Of a stretch of DNA of 64,000 bases, positions 26,572-39,700 are shown piece by piece. Each line of letters starts with the position of its first letter. Position 1 is the first letter of the stretch. This stretch comes from Mytilus californianus. Its lineage: Eukaryota. Made by a program: the position numbers and the translations under genes. The stretch covers positions 1,054,001 through 1,118,000 of the forward strand of contig NW_026262604.1 of the NCBI RefSeq assembly GCF_021869535.1, written 5' to 3'. The notes beneath the pieces are model-generated. The model saw nothing but the letters and a program-made list of their open reading frames with translations, did not search any database and had not been told where the DNA came from.

Positions 26572-27008
26572 TCAAAAATGATACAAAATCAACAGTTCTC
26601 ACATTTATGCATTGTGCACAATAAAGTCTTAACATCTTTTGAATGAAAGATTATTAATCTTTTGTGTTTGAAATGTTTATTTTATTTATTAAATATTTTA
26701 ATTTAATATATTTAAAGATGTAACATTTATTGGTGTGAGACAAAAATATGTTCAATGGACTGAAAAAACAAACGTGCTGTTGCGGTAAAGTTATAGCTAT
26801 CAAAACTCTGCATTGACAATGAAACTTATGTAATAGTAACAAAGGACAAAAGCCCACGTATTTTTGGAAACAAATGGCTTCTATATTACTTATATATGTT
26901 GAATAAGGGTTTATTTTTCAGTGCAGCTTCAAATCTAGATAGCGATCTTTTTCCACAATGTAATAATTCTTAATTGTGCATTGCAGGTACGATAGCTGAT
27001 ATTTAATC

Positions 27009-27711
27009 ATGCCTGGGGAAAGAAGACGAAATGTTTCCAACAATCAGCGACATGCGCATCCAGGATCAAAAGTACCGTCAACTGCTCCATCTCCTGTGAA
27101 GCGTACTGTTTCTGAAACTTCACAGAGATCTCAAAGAAATTACAGCATCACATCTCAGAAGCCTAAAAACATGGACAAAACGAAACCGACACATGTTGGA
27201 CACGGGCGGACTAAAACTCAACCTCCTCCAGAGACCAAAAAAGTGGAGGAACCAGTGCCAGTCCATGAACGAAATGGAAACAATAATTCTGAATTGGAAG
27301 TAGAAGTAGCAATGGACGATAATACGGTCCAGGCAAAGGAGGCGAGTTCTTCTGATATGGAGAATAACAACAGTGAAACGGTACAACAGAAAGAAGATGA
27401 TGACAAGAAATCAGAATCGGACGAAAAATGGGCTGAAAAAGCTCCGGAAGAATACAATATCAAATCTTTTAACGATAAGATTTTAGAGTACAGCGAAGTA
27501 TTCGAAACAGATAAGTTTAATAATGTAAATGAGGACTTCCCAGTTGAGGACCTAATCTCCTTTGTCAACGTCATTTCCGGAACCATTGACGAGTTTAAAC
27601 AACAGTCCCAGGACAGCCAGCGACAGCTGGAGGAACTGTGTTCTAAAATGAAGCATGTGAAGGAGAACATCCATTATAGTATTACAAAGAGACAGATGGA
27701 ACTTTCACCAG
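27009..27711 (+). CDS. DTHD1: Coding exon 1: disordered Ser/Thr/Glu/Lys-rich N-terminus plus predicted helical/coiled-coil segment
   Basis: ORF track 27009..27728. Acceptor ttgcag ends at 26986, so 22 nt of 5' UTR lie in this exon and an upstream non-coding exon is implied. Donor CCAG|gtaggt, phase 1. Confidence 0.85.
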
Positions 27712-30700
27712 GTAGGTCTTCATGGTAAATCAATATATGGGGCCTGGAATGGGGGAAGGGAGGTTTCATCTATTTATTCTTTAAATTTTTCTCTATTCTT
27801 TATTCATTTTGGTCATTATTCTCTTTTCTTGATTCCTCCTCCCTATTTTTCTCTATTCATTATTTGTTTGTCCTTTATTGTGCACTTTTTGTCAGTTATT
27901 CTTTATTCTGTAAACCCTGTACAGACCCTCACATTTCAAACATTATTTTAAGAATTTCAGCATTCTTTTACTTTAGTAGGAGTCCAAACCCATTATATAC
28001 AACCATACTAAGCATTTACTAAATTTTATCATCGGTATAAGGACATCATTCGTAAATATAGCTCAACATGCAGACTTCTTATACGTTCAGGTATTTCACA
28101 TCCAATTTTTTATGGAAATATTCTTTATAAAGCACAAAAATATCAGTATTCACCTCTGAAGCTAACAAAACCTTTAAATAGACTTATTAAGAAGGGATAT
28201 AGTTACGATACTGTTGTCAGGTCATTAAAGATTGCATATCTTGGCGTTAATATTGATTCACTTATAGGGTCTTTGCATCGGCACTAAACACATTTATTTA
28301 AAAACCAGTTGTTGGCATGACACGGGTTATGTTCTTCTCATATATGTTATGATGGTATGATACTAAACCCCTAACGGGAAGGATTGTGCCTGATATTCAT
28401 ATGATGAAGACATAATCTTTCAATCAGTTTAATTGAAGTCTGGAGCTGGCATGTCAGTTAACTGCTAGTAGTCTGTTGTTATTTATGTATTATTGTCATT
28501 TTGTTTATTTTCTTTGGTTACATCTTCTGACATCAGACTCGGACTTCTCTTGAACTGAATTTTAATGTGCGTATTGTTATGCGTTTACTTTTCTACATTG
28601 GCTAGAGGTATAGGGGGAGGGTTGAGATCTCATAAACATGTTTAACCCCGCCGCATTTTTGCGCCTGTACCAAGTCAGGAGCCTCTAGCCTTTGTCAGTC
28701 TTGTATTATTTTAAATTTTAGTTTCTTGTGTACAATTTGGAGTTTAGTATGGCGTTCATTATCACTGAACTAGTATATATATTTGTTTAGGGGCCAGCTG
28801 AAGGACGCCTCCGGGTGCGGGAATTTCTCGCTGCATTGAAGACCTGTTGGTGACCTTCTGCTGTTGTCTGTTCTATGGTCGGGTTGTTGTCTCTTTGACA
28901 CATTCCCCATTTCCATTCTCAATTTTAAGCTAGCCCTTACCTTGAATCTAATCCGAACCCATTCCTAACCCTAACTCTAGCCCTATCATTTAAAAAACTA
29001 AAAAATATCTTAAACGTTACCGTTAAGCTAGAATAAACCCCAATCTGATTAAAATACTGTAACAGATCATGTTTCCAATCTATGCTTACAAGGATCTAAA
29101 AACGCTCCGTTTTTACTTTCTGTTCCGGTAATTATTAAATCAGCCAATGAAACTGCAGCCTTCAAGTTTTTGAAGGTGTGCATTAATCCGACAAAACCAG
29201 AGGATCCAGAAAGGTCTTTAAAACAGAAAGTAAAACGGATTGTTTTCAGATTCTTGTAACAAAGCTTGGATACAGGGTCTGTATTCTAATCAGATTGGAA
29301 TAAATCTTAACCTGACCCTAACCATGTATAAACCTTAACCTGACCCTAACCATGTATTAACCCTTATGTAAAAGAAGGTCGAATTGCATCTACTTCAAAG
29401 TTATCGTTGTGCGATGTCAGATAACTTCATAACTCTGTAAGCACCCTAGCTGCGGAACCGCAGCTCTTATGATCCTTATAATATTTTTTTACAATTTGCC
29501 GACCATGAGCTACGGTACCGCAACTATAAACACCCTTGACAGTTGATAAGATAAATTCAATTTAATGTGCCATATCATTTTAATTCCCGTTTCATTTTTT
29601 AACTCGGCAGAACAAAAACGAAGAAGAAATTACAATGCATTTAATGATACCCTGTATATGCCCCTAACAGTTGATGAAAAATAAAAGAATGTCGAAATGA
29701 AGACCCCAGTCTATACACATCTTCTAAGACTATCCAAGAGGGACGAAAGATACCAGAGGGACAGTCAAACTCATAGATCGAAAACAAACTGACAACGTCA
29801 TGGCCAAAAATAAAAAGACAAACAGACAAATAATAGTACAGATGACACAACATAGAAAACTAAAGACTAAGCAACACGAACCCCACCAAAAACTGGGGGT
29901 TATCTCAGGTGCTTCGGAAGGGTAAGCAGATCCTGCTCCACATGTGGCACCCGTCGTGTTGCTTATGTTATTGCAAATCCGGTAAATAGTCTAATTCGGT
30001 AAGTCACATTCGTGAAAAGGGAGGGTATTGTGGTTACGACATAAGGAACATATCCGATATCATCTGTGAAACGGTTATTCCATAACGGTCAACCAACTCG
30101 TGATGGCGTCCGTACAAATTTACGAAGGGATGGCTTCAACTTCACCATTTGGAACTCTTGGTTTAATAGCTTCCAAACTGTACTGTCTTTTCTACATATT
30201 GCATTCATTTGGTAACTGTACTCGCTCAGTAAAAATTGAAGAAAGATTTAATGTCCCTTAGGTATCGTCTGCCTCTATTTTTCAGTTTATGGTTTATTTA
30301 TGTTTAATTTTATATAATATACATATATTGCTGTTTGTTTTTTGAGTTTGCTGTTTGGTGACAATCCACATTTATGATCTTAAATCAATAAAATCTTTGA
30401 CAATGACACTTTTTTCCAAGCATTAAAGTTTACGACTATAATTATAATAGTAAACTCCGTTCATTAAAATCTAAGTATATAGTCAAAAGTCTACCGGAAC
30501 GTGCCAAATTTTATCAGGTTTTAATTATATATAATTTAAAACGAATGTATAAGTAAACTGCCATAGTTATTCAATTTTGTAGTGTGTGTGTCCAAAACAA
30601 ATTTACAGTATATCTGATAATTAGAAATGCAAACAGGTACAATAGGTAAATGTACTTGTGCCAGGTACTGATTTGTCCAACTTTTTAATAAGAACAAACA

Positions 30701-33700
30701 TTATGTTAGTACATGTACTTCTATACATTAAATCGGGTAACTAACAACGCGGTTTTATTCTCGGGTCTCATCACATATAATACACTACAAAGTTCACTTT
30801 GTTTAAAGCACCCTACAAGAAATGAAATTAATATACAATTCGTTACTCCAGTATAATAGTATTTCATTATGGAAAGAGAGCCAGTATTTTTGTCTTCAAG
30901 TACATCGCACATGCTAAGTCATTCAATAATCGGAATTGAGTCTTTCTGACCAAAGACACTTATCATCCAACATCATTGTCGTAAAAAAAAACGATTTACG
31001 GTATCAATTTCACGGTATCAATTTTACTACTCCCGATAACTTATTCTACGGCTCTTTCTGTCTATTCTGTACGAGCGTTTACGAATCGATAAACAAGGAA
31101 TCAGATTTTTTATCTACGATTTTGCGATATTTTTCAAAACAACAAATATTTACACCGCCTTCGAAAATTCCTTTCAAGGTTGCTTAGCGGATTTATGATC
31201 AAGATAACACGATTGGATAAATATAGGTATTAGATTGAAACAGATGGTATTTTCCATAACAAAACTATTTTAGTCTCGATTACTTTCCTTTGCACAAGCA
31301 TCTTACATCAGTCTCGTAATTTTTATTTTTAAACTTTTTGCTTTTAAACAATTAAATATAAATGTTCAACATCAAAAAAATATTTTTTTCATGACCAGAA
31401 CACAACGCAGCTTTCCAAGCTTTGAAAGCTAGATGGGCTAAGATGTTTTCTTTTATAGAGTGAGTTAACGAAGAGCTATTCAGCAGAACAATCCTTATGA
31501 GTGTACATCGTAGATAAAACTTGTCACTTCTTTTATAGGAATCTCAACGTTTAAATAAATCCGTCAGTTTAATAGTTAAACCACTTGCAACCCCTTTAAA
31601 TGCTGTGTAAATATTTTGCTCAACTGTAGGTCTCACTTTTAATCGTGTATTTGTTTAACGAACTCGTATGTAAATATTGATATAAATCACATATTCAACA
31701 CTCATCTCATTTTATTTTTCAATATCATGTTTGCCATGATTAATAAATTTGTAGTTGAGTGTTTGTTTGAACAGCTACTTCATTGATTTTAGGTTACGAC
31801 GTTTTAGGTCAAGCATTAAACCTTTGTAGATGACTTTTCGAACACTGCCTTTTGTCTACTAAACGATAGAGATCGATGTACAAAATATAAATTTATTTTT
31901 CAATATCATGTTTGCCATGATTAATAAATTCGTAGTTGAGTATTTGTTAATCAGCTACTTCATAGATTTTGGGTTACGATATTTTAGGTTAAGCATTAAA
32001 CCTTTATAGATGACTTTTCGAACACTACCTTATGTCTGTTAAACGGATCGACGTACAAAATTTTAAAATTACTTTTCAATATGTTTGCCGTGATTATTGA
32101 ATTTGGAATTGAGTGTTTCTTCTATCAGCTACTTCATTGATTTCGGGTTACGACATTTTAGGTCAAACATTTAACTTTTATTGATGACTTTTCGAACACT
32201 ACCTTATGTCTGCTAAACGATAAAGATCGACGTACAAAATGTAAAATTATTTTTGAATATCATGTTTGCCAAGATCAATGAATTTAAATTTGAGTGTTTC
32301 TTCCATCAGCTATTTCATTCATTTTGGGTTACGACATTTTAGGTCAAGCATCAAACCTTTATAGATGCCTTTTCGAAAGTATCGTATGTCTGCTAAACGA
32401 TAAAGATCGATGTACAAAATTTAAATTATTTTTCAATATCATGTTTGCCAAGATTAATGAATTTGGAGATGAGTGTTTGTTCAATAAGCTACTTCACTGA
32501 TTTCGGGTTACGACATTATATAAAGTCAAGCATTTAACCTTTATAGATGCCTTTTCGAACACTGACTTTTGTCTACTGAACAATAAAGATTGATGTACAA
32601 AAAGTAAAGTCCACTAAAATAGGCATTTTTAACACTGGATCACTATTGGGGTATAAACATATGCTTTCCCTTTAAAAATATAAAAATATTGTATATGCTG
32701 TTACGAACTACAAACAATAGGATCATACACAAGTTACCACAAGTAAGTTAGTCTCCTCCTAAAACAAATGGTTATAATGATCTAAAGGCGGCACAAAAAG
32801 TAAGTTATCAAAATGATTATTGGATGTATATATTCGGAAACACTGCGAAGAAAAATTCGATCTACGAGACCTTCAGTTGCGAAAGCAAAGTTTCACCTAC
32901 TAACCAACATTTCCTGTTTTACAGTGACAATCCATTTCTTCTACTCTTACGTGTATTCCCAGTCGGTACGATTTGATAATGCTTCTTAATTTCCACATTT
33001 TAAGGGTGTTCGCTGCTCAGAGGATAGTCATCACTGATAAAAAATAGTTTTGGAGTAATTATTTGAAAAGTTGGGGAAGAAATCAACATGAAATTGTAAG
33101 AAATATATATTAGAAACAGCAGAAATTTAAAATTTCTGAAAAAAAGTATTTCCGATGAAAATTAAAAATATATACTCAACACCGAAAGAAACACACGACC
33201 TCCATTAATTTGCTTTAGGGTTATTTTTTTTTTAATGTAACTTTTAAGAAGTGATTGAAATTAGTAAAAATTTGACACAACGAATATGAAGTCGTAAGCA
33301 CCAACACGGGAATTTACTTATAATTTTAATTTTTGACATCCCAAATAACACATGTTTAACAACAACATAAAAAAAGATGTTGCCAGATTTGTAAAGTGTA
33401 TCATTTAACTAAAAACAACTAAAATGTCTTTTATTTTTATTTTCTTAATAATCGAATTCTTGTCTAATATCCAATTTGAAATTGACTTATCTTAAACTTT
33501 TGGTTTTGATTAAAAATTGATTTTTTATTCTCCATTGTTGCCACAAAAATGAAAACTTTTCGCTGTGAGCTCTGTATTAATTTAATGTAAATGCTTAAAA
33601 TATAATAGATTTCCACACATTTCTAGAAAAAAACAAGAAAATGTGAAACTACTAAATCAGGTAAGATGTGGTGCGTTATTTGTATTGTTAAGTATATATA

Positions 33701-36700
33701 GTAATAAATTGTTGATGCATTACCTATGAAAAAGCTAAAGGGTTACACACACATAAAGTAAAGGGTAAATGTGAAAAGAGAACCTCCTTTATGAGTGTAA
33801 AATATGTGTCACTAGATGATAAGCAGATAGAAAATTGACATGATAACAGATCAACGTTAAGAAAAGTGCGCGTATTTCATTGACATATACTTGAAATATG
33901 ATTGAAATGTCCTGAGTTTAAAACTAAAATTCAAATCCCAGATTGCATGCTCTACATATTATACAAACGATGAGTTATACCAATGAGCAGCTATATTCTA
34001 TTTCGGTTTGATAAACAGGTCATGAGAACCAGAAAGTCAGTCAGTACGTCTTCCTATATATACAAGCATACAATATATTTATTAGTAATTGAGAAATAAG
34101 AACAGTCGTTTATATTTTATTCAATTTTCTGTTTGCATTTCAAAATATATTTATGGTTGTATTTGGTATTCTTTTGAATTACTCCTGCGGCTGACATTTA
34201 GGTCAAATTTGCATTTTCAATCACTCTTGCGATTGACATTTAGGTCAAATTTGCACTTATAATGATATACCCTGTAATTTATTCGAATCTAAGTACTTCT
34301 TAATGTATACAAAGGAAAGAGCACGTGTAATTAGTGTCTTCCGTGGCATGATTGTCAAACAAACACTTGCAGTGAAGTGAAAGCATCTTTTCTCCATGTT
34401 GAACATTTGTTGAAGGACTCACTGTTCTTTGAGATGAAGAACAGCAATAAAAGTACTCACGGATGGATACCCCATGCATATCCTTTGTTTTTCTATTATT
34501 GTCATGAATAAATTGACATACTTTCAACTGATCGTTTATCGGCGATTAATCAGTTATGATAGATCAATTAGTATCAAGAAACATGTTAACAATTAAATAA
34601 AGTTTAAAAGGAACGATCAAAATTATGAAAGCCAAATAATATGATTATAATTATGTCTCCGTACAATGAAAGGGGTAAATTTGCATCTCATATATCCCAT
34701 TATCAAAGAAAGTGCATTTATTATTAATCTCTTTTGGGGTATCATTGTCAAAAATAGAACTGAATCTGCATGAAATACTTGCTGCTGAACGTTTATTAAA
34801 ATTGATCAATCGTTATCAAGAAACATCTACACAAATAATTAATAAAAGGTAACGACAAAAGAAAAGTCTAATATTAAAATTAACTAAAAAGGAAGTAAAT
34901 GTTCATCTCATATATTCCTAATGTCTAGTTATCAAGCCCAAAAATACATTTTTCCGCCCGAAATGTATGATGAAAGATTAATGACTAGATATTAGTTAGA
35001 ATTATCCATCCATTCTTGCAGTTTTTTTTATAGCAAAAGGGAAGCAACTCTTCCATGTCGCTATGTCTTTCCACAGAGAATCCATAATTTTAATTAAATC
35101 GTTCGTACTGATTTAATCATTTGTAACAATCGCCTAGTGAAATCTCTCTCAGGTTAAATTAACCTTTATACATGGTTGAAAACTAATAATAAAATCACAT
35201 CATTTCTTATCAGGCCACTCAACAATAAGACATGACCGCTTATTACATGCTATCGAACTATAAATTTGACTTTATTAACCACGCTAACGTAAACAACGTT
35301 CTTTAAAATATCGGTCACTGCCATTTAAGGGTTAAAGCACGCATCTATTGAGAGAGAAAGTTTATTACCAATTTAAAGAGATATTTGTAAATCTTGAAAT
35401 AAGCGAAACGTTATCAGATCTAAGAGATGGTCATTTAACGCTCCACTTTAAGAAATATTAATCATAAAAGTGCTACTAGGATACAAACAAAGTTTGGATA
35501 GTTAATTGCCAGGTAAGCTTGATTAATTTTCGGTTTGCTTACTTTGAAAAAATAAGTAGTAATTTTCTAAAGTTAACTGTTGAACAAGAGTCAAAACAAC
35601 AAAACAAGTAATAGGGTTAGTCAACGCCCATTCATCTTTTGTGGGGCATTGGTTTTTTTTTCGGGACTAACATTGTTTAAAATTTATTAAAAAGGACCGA
35701 ACAATTTCTTTCATTGAAATGCAGGAACGAGAATAATTTACATAAAACTCAATGTTGATTTTATACAGGTATCAAACAATCTATCTAAAAAAAACAACAT
35801 GTCTTTCCACATGAAATACGAATGGTCGGTGCTATATAGGACAATGAAATATACGAGACAACTATGAAAATACAAGGATACGTTTCTGCTTATTCTTTAT
35901 ATATTATATATAGATTCCATCACTGAAACACGTGTGTTACGATATTTCTCCACTCGAGACAGTTAAATTTTAATATTTAAAGCGCGAGGCTTGCCGAGCT
36001 TTAAAATAATTAAAATTTAACTGCTAAGAGTGAAAAAATATCGTAATACACGAGTTAGATAGTGGAATCTGTTTCTCTAATGATTTTTATCTTTCCTGTT
36101 CAAAGATTTGCAGAAAGTTGTGTTCTTTATATGTGACGTCATCAGGCATGACCGTCTTTTTTCAGGACGTCACAATAGGAAAGTCAGATGAAATCAAGAC
36201 AATTTAACTTCATAATTAATTTTCGACCAATCATTTGCTGAGAACAGATATTTCACTAGTGAGGAGAAATATTTTTGTCACACCGCTTAAGAAATGTGAA
36301 GATAGCATAAAAATTTGAGAAAGTATTTTCGTCAAGCACTTTCCTATACAGATGTACATATGACTTCCGTCTAAATGAATAATCGAATCGAGTGTTTAGA
36401 GTTCGTATCTTCCAATCACACAGAAGTTTTTTTTTTTACTCTGAAATCCCTAACAAAACAGAAGAAAATATCTAAAGCCAATATACTCTTAGTAATTTAA
36501 ACAGTAGATTTTCACGCTTCATTTGCAGTCTTTTTCCTAAAGTAAAGTATATACAAGTATTTTGAAAACCTGTGAACCTTTCGTTGTAAAACTATATCTT
36601 CGGCTGTTGTCTGCTCTATGGTCGGGTTGTTGTCTCTTTGACACATTCCCAATTTCCATTCTCAATTTTATTTCCTTGTTATGAGACAAGAAAATGGTCT

Positions 36701-39700
36701 CGGACCTCGTTCTAAATATACTTTTGAAACCCTGTATACCGATACAGCCAAACAAAAAGGCGTGAACAATGCGAGTGTTGTGTCTTTTCTTCTATGTTCA
36801 ATTATCCCTTTGTATAGAAAATATGTTTTTAAGATTTAAGTTACATTTAATTTCATTCCATTAAAAGAGCATGATATGTAATATGTTAGTCAAATATAAT
36901 TTAGTTTTTTTTTCATTTTTACTTCATTTAAATGATGTTTTATATATTGAGACCATACTCAAAACCATGTATTGCTTTAATGAGACAATTTTAATTCATA
37001 ATTATACAGTTCACAAAATGATTTATTAGCCAATTGCACCAAGATTCTGCATACGCCTTCTTTTGATCTTCATCAAGCGTTGTTCATTAAATGCAACATT
37101 CGTTAGTGTATAAATACATAATGTGCAACAATATTTTTTTTCTCAAAACTGATTAAAAAATTCATTTTTGCATATAAATGATATGATTTTTCTGATATAA
37201 TATCAAACATTTGTATGTGTCTTTGATGCCGAACCTCCCACGTTATACCGATAACGCCTAACGAATCTATTTTCAATATAACATTTGAAAATAAAACTTT
37301 AAAAAAAAACACGAAAACAACTCTACCTTGATAATGTAAGAGTCAGTTACCGATATCTAGGTGACAAAAAAGTTCACTGAAGTCTTCGTAAGAGACACGT
37401 AATGTTATGTTCTATACACATCCATGATGGTTATGCGAATGAAAGGCGCTGTTTAGTATACGTCAATGAAACAGCAACCCCACTACATAAATAACAAGAA
37501 GACATGTAGAGGTAAACGCAGTCTTTAACAAAACAAGTTGTATAAAAAATGTAAATAATATAAACAGAAACTATCTGCCACCAAAACCGAATTCAAAGTC
37601 ATAAAATTTTTTAAGGATGTTCGCTTGTCATGTTTTGGATTTTTTTTCAGATTTTCGGAATCCTCTAGTTTTATCCATGTGAATGCCTTAAAAAATTTTG
37701 CCCATTGACCCCCATTTAATTTTTTATAAATCTTTCACATGTATAATTATAAGCCATCTGTAAAAGTATAATAAAATCTTTGTTATTTTTGAATAGTTTT
37801 TGAGAACTTGAACTTTTCAATGATAAGGCTATGAAAAACCAAGAGAGAACACTTTCCCGCCAAAATTTCAATGGCTAATATCTCGAAAACAAGCACATCG
37901 ACCTATTTTTTGTTGTTGCTCTTTTGGTTCCTTTAATAATCCCTTATCAATTTATACTAGTGTTATGAAAAGCGTGTTATTTTGAAACTGAGTAGTGAAC
38001 CTCCTTAAATAGATCCAAAATACTCGATACTCTTTCAGTACAACATACATGTACACACAATTCTTAAAAAGAGACAAAGAATGTAGGCATTATTTATATG
38101 TTATAACACGACTTCGAGAAATTCCGGATATCCTCGGCAAATTTCAGAAGTAGCAATACAATTATTATTAGTCAATGTGACCAGTTAATTGGGATTCAAA
38201 TGACCTTTTCATATCGGATTTGTTTAAACCACGTACAAATCGACTTTGAATAATATGGAACTCTTTTTCTCAGGTGGAACGCCTGGACCCTTTTAAAGTT
38301 TTTAAAAATATATATGTGCCTACGTCAAAGTAACATTCTTTGTTCTTGGATAAATTACATACACCTTTGTTCAAGTTTTAAATTAAATTACGTTTGTATT
38401 AGTTTTTCAGCTATGTAGCTTTGACATTAAAAAGTAACTTGGTATCATAAATCAACAATTTTGCGTCATATTTTTATCTGTTTTGCTTGAATTACATTTT
38501 TATACTTTAATATTTTATGTTTTTGATGCAATTAAATGGTTTTCGATTCATTTATATTCTGAAAATTAATTGGTGAATATGTTATTTTTAGAATCAATAT
38601 TAATTTATACAAAGCTTCTTTTTTTCATTTTTCAATCACTTCCGAGATTACTTAGTGCAAACAAGTAGTTATTAAATTCTAGGGAGGTACAAAAAGGGAC
38701 ATTGCATTGTAATTTATGATGAATATGGCTAAAAATCAAAATATAAAAAAATATTATTTAAAGTAAATATAATTTCTGTTACTTATTGTTTTATTGTGCA
38801 TATGTGTTGGTACCCTGTGGCTGAATAGTTTGTATTTGAAGGACGTTTTAACCGTCTTGGCCTCCAAAACTCATCAATTACCGCCGTCAGCTTTGTTTCT
38901 TTTTTGTAAATTGATCAATGGCGTCATGTCAGTTTAACTTTTGGAATATAAATACTAGTTTTCCTTTTTATTGATATGTTCAGTGTTTAACATCAGTAAA
39001 ACTTTCTACTGTAATTTAACGTTCAAAATAGCAATTAAATCGGCTAATAAATTACACACCCAACTGAAACTGATATTTTATGTGGTTTCTTGTGAATTTC
39101 TAATTTTCATTCACTGTTGCGACGTTTTTGTAAAGAACACTATTGCCGTAATTTAGTGTCGTAAAATTTTATTTCTTATAAAAAAACATCATTAACAAGA
39201 CGGATATATACTTTTAAAGTTAAACTACTTTAAATTTACATTTATTTATTTGATTGAAATGAGTATTTTGTAAGCCACTAACTACGTTGTTGATGTTGAA
39301 TGAACGAGGTATTACAGCTTTTATGTGCTAGTCGGACGCATTTTGTTAATTGAATCTTTCTGTCAGCAGACTTGTTTTGTGGAACAGACTTATGAATTTT
39401 TAGAAAATTGTAACAGATGTTATTTCAAAATACGTAAGACCTGCAATTAAATATTCTTTCATTCCAGAGGAAGAAATTCAAAGCATTGAACAGAGAGAGC
39501 TAACGGAAAAACTCGCAAAATTGAATGCCGAAGTTGCCCGAGCGAACGCGGAATTATCCGAAGCTATCCGACTATCCGTAGAAACAGAACGTACTGCTAC
39601 AGCAGCACAAGTCTACGCACAAAGAGCAAAAGACGAAGCGCAACAAATTGAGGAAGAGATCGAATTAAAAAGGAATCACGAAGCTAAGAAGAAAGTGGAA

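Noticed and set aside
27120-27670. Antisense ORFs over exon 1 (also 39727 and 53845)
   Set aside because: They are shadow frames of real coding exons.
28960-29360. Interstitial telomere
   Set aside because: Only a few degenerate CCCTAA units are present, tied to a repeat element.
35480-35512. 33-nt exon with a CAG|gtaagc donor
   Set aside because: Poor polypyrimidine tract, and a stop in the phase needed to join exons 1 and 2.
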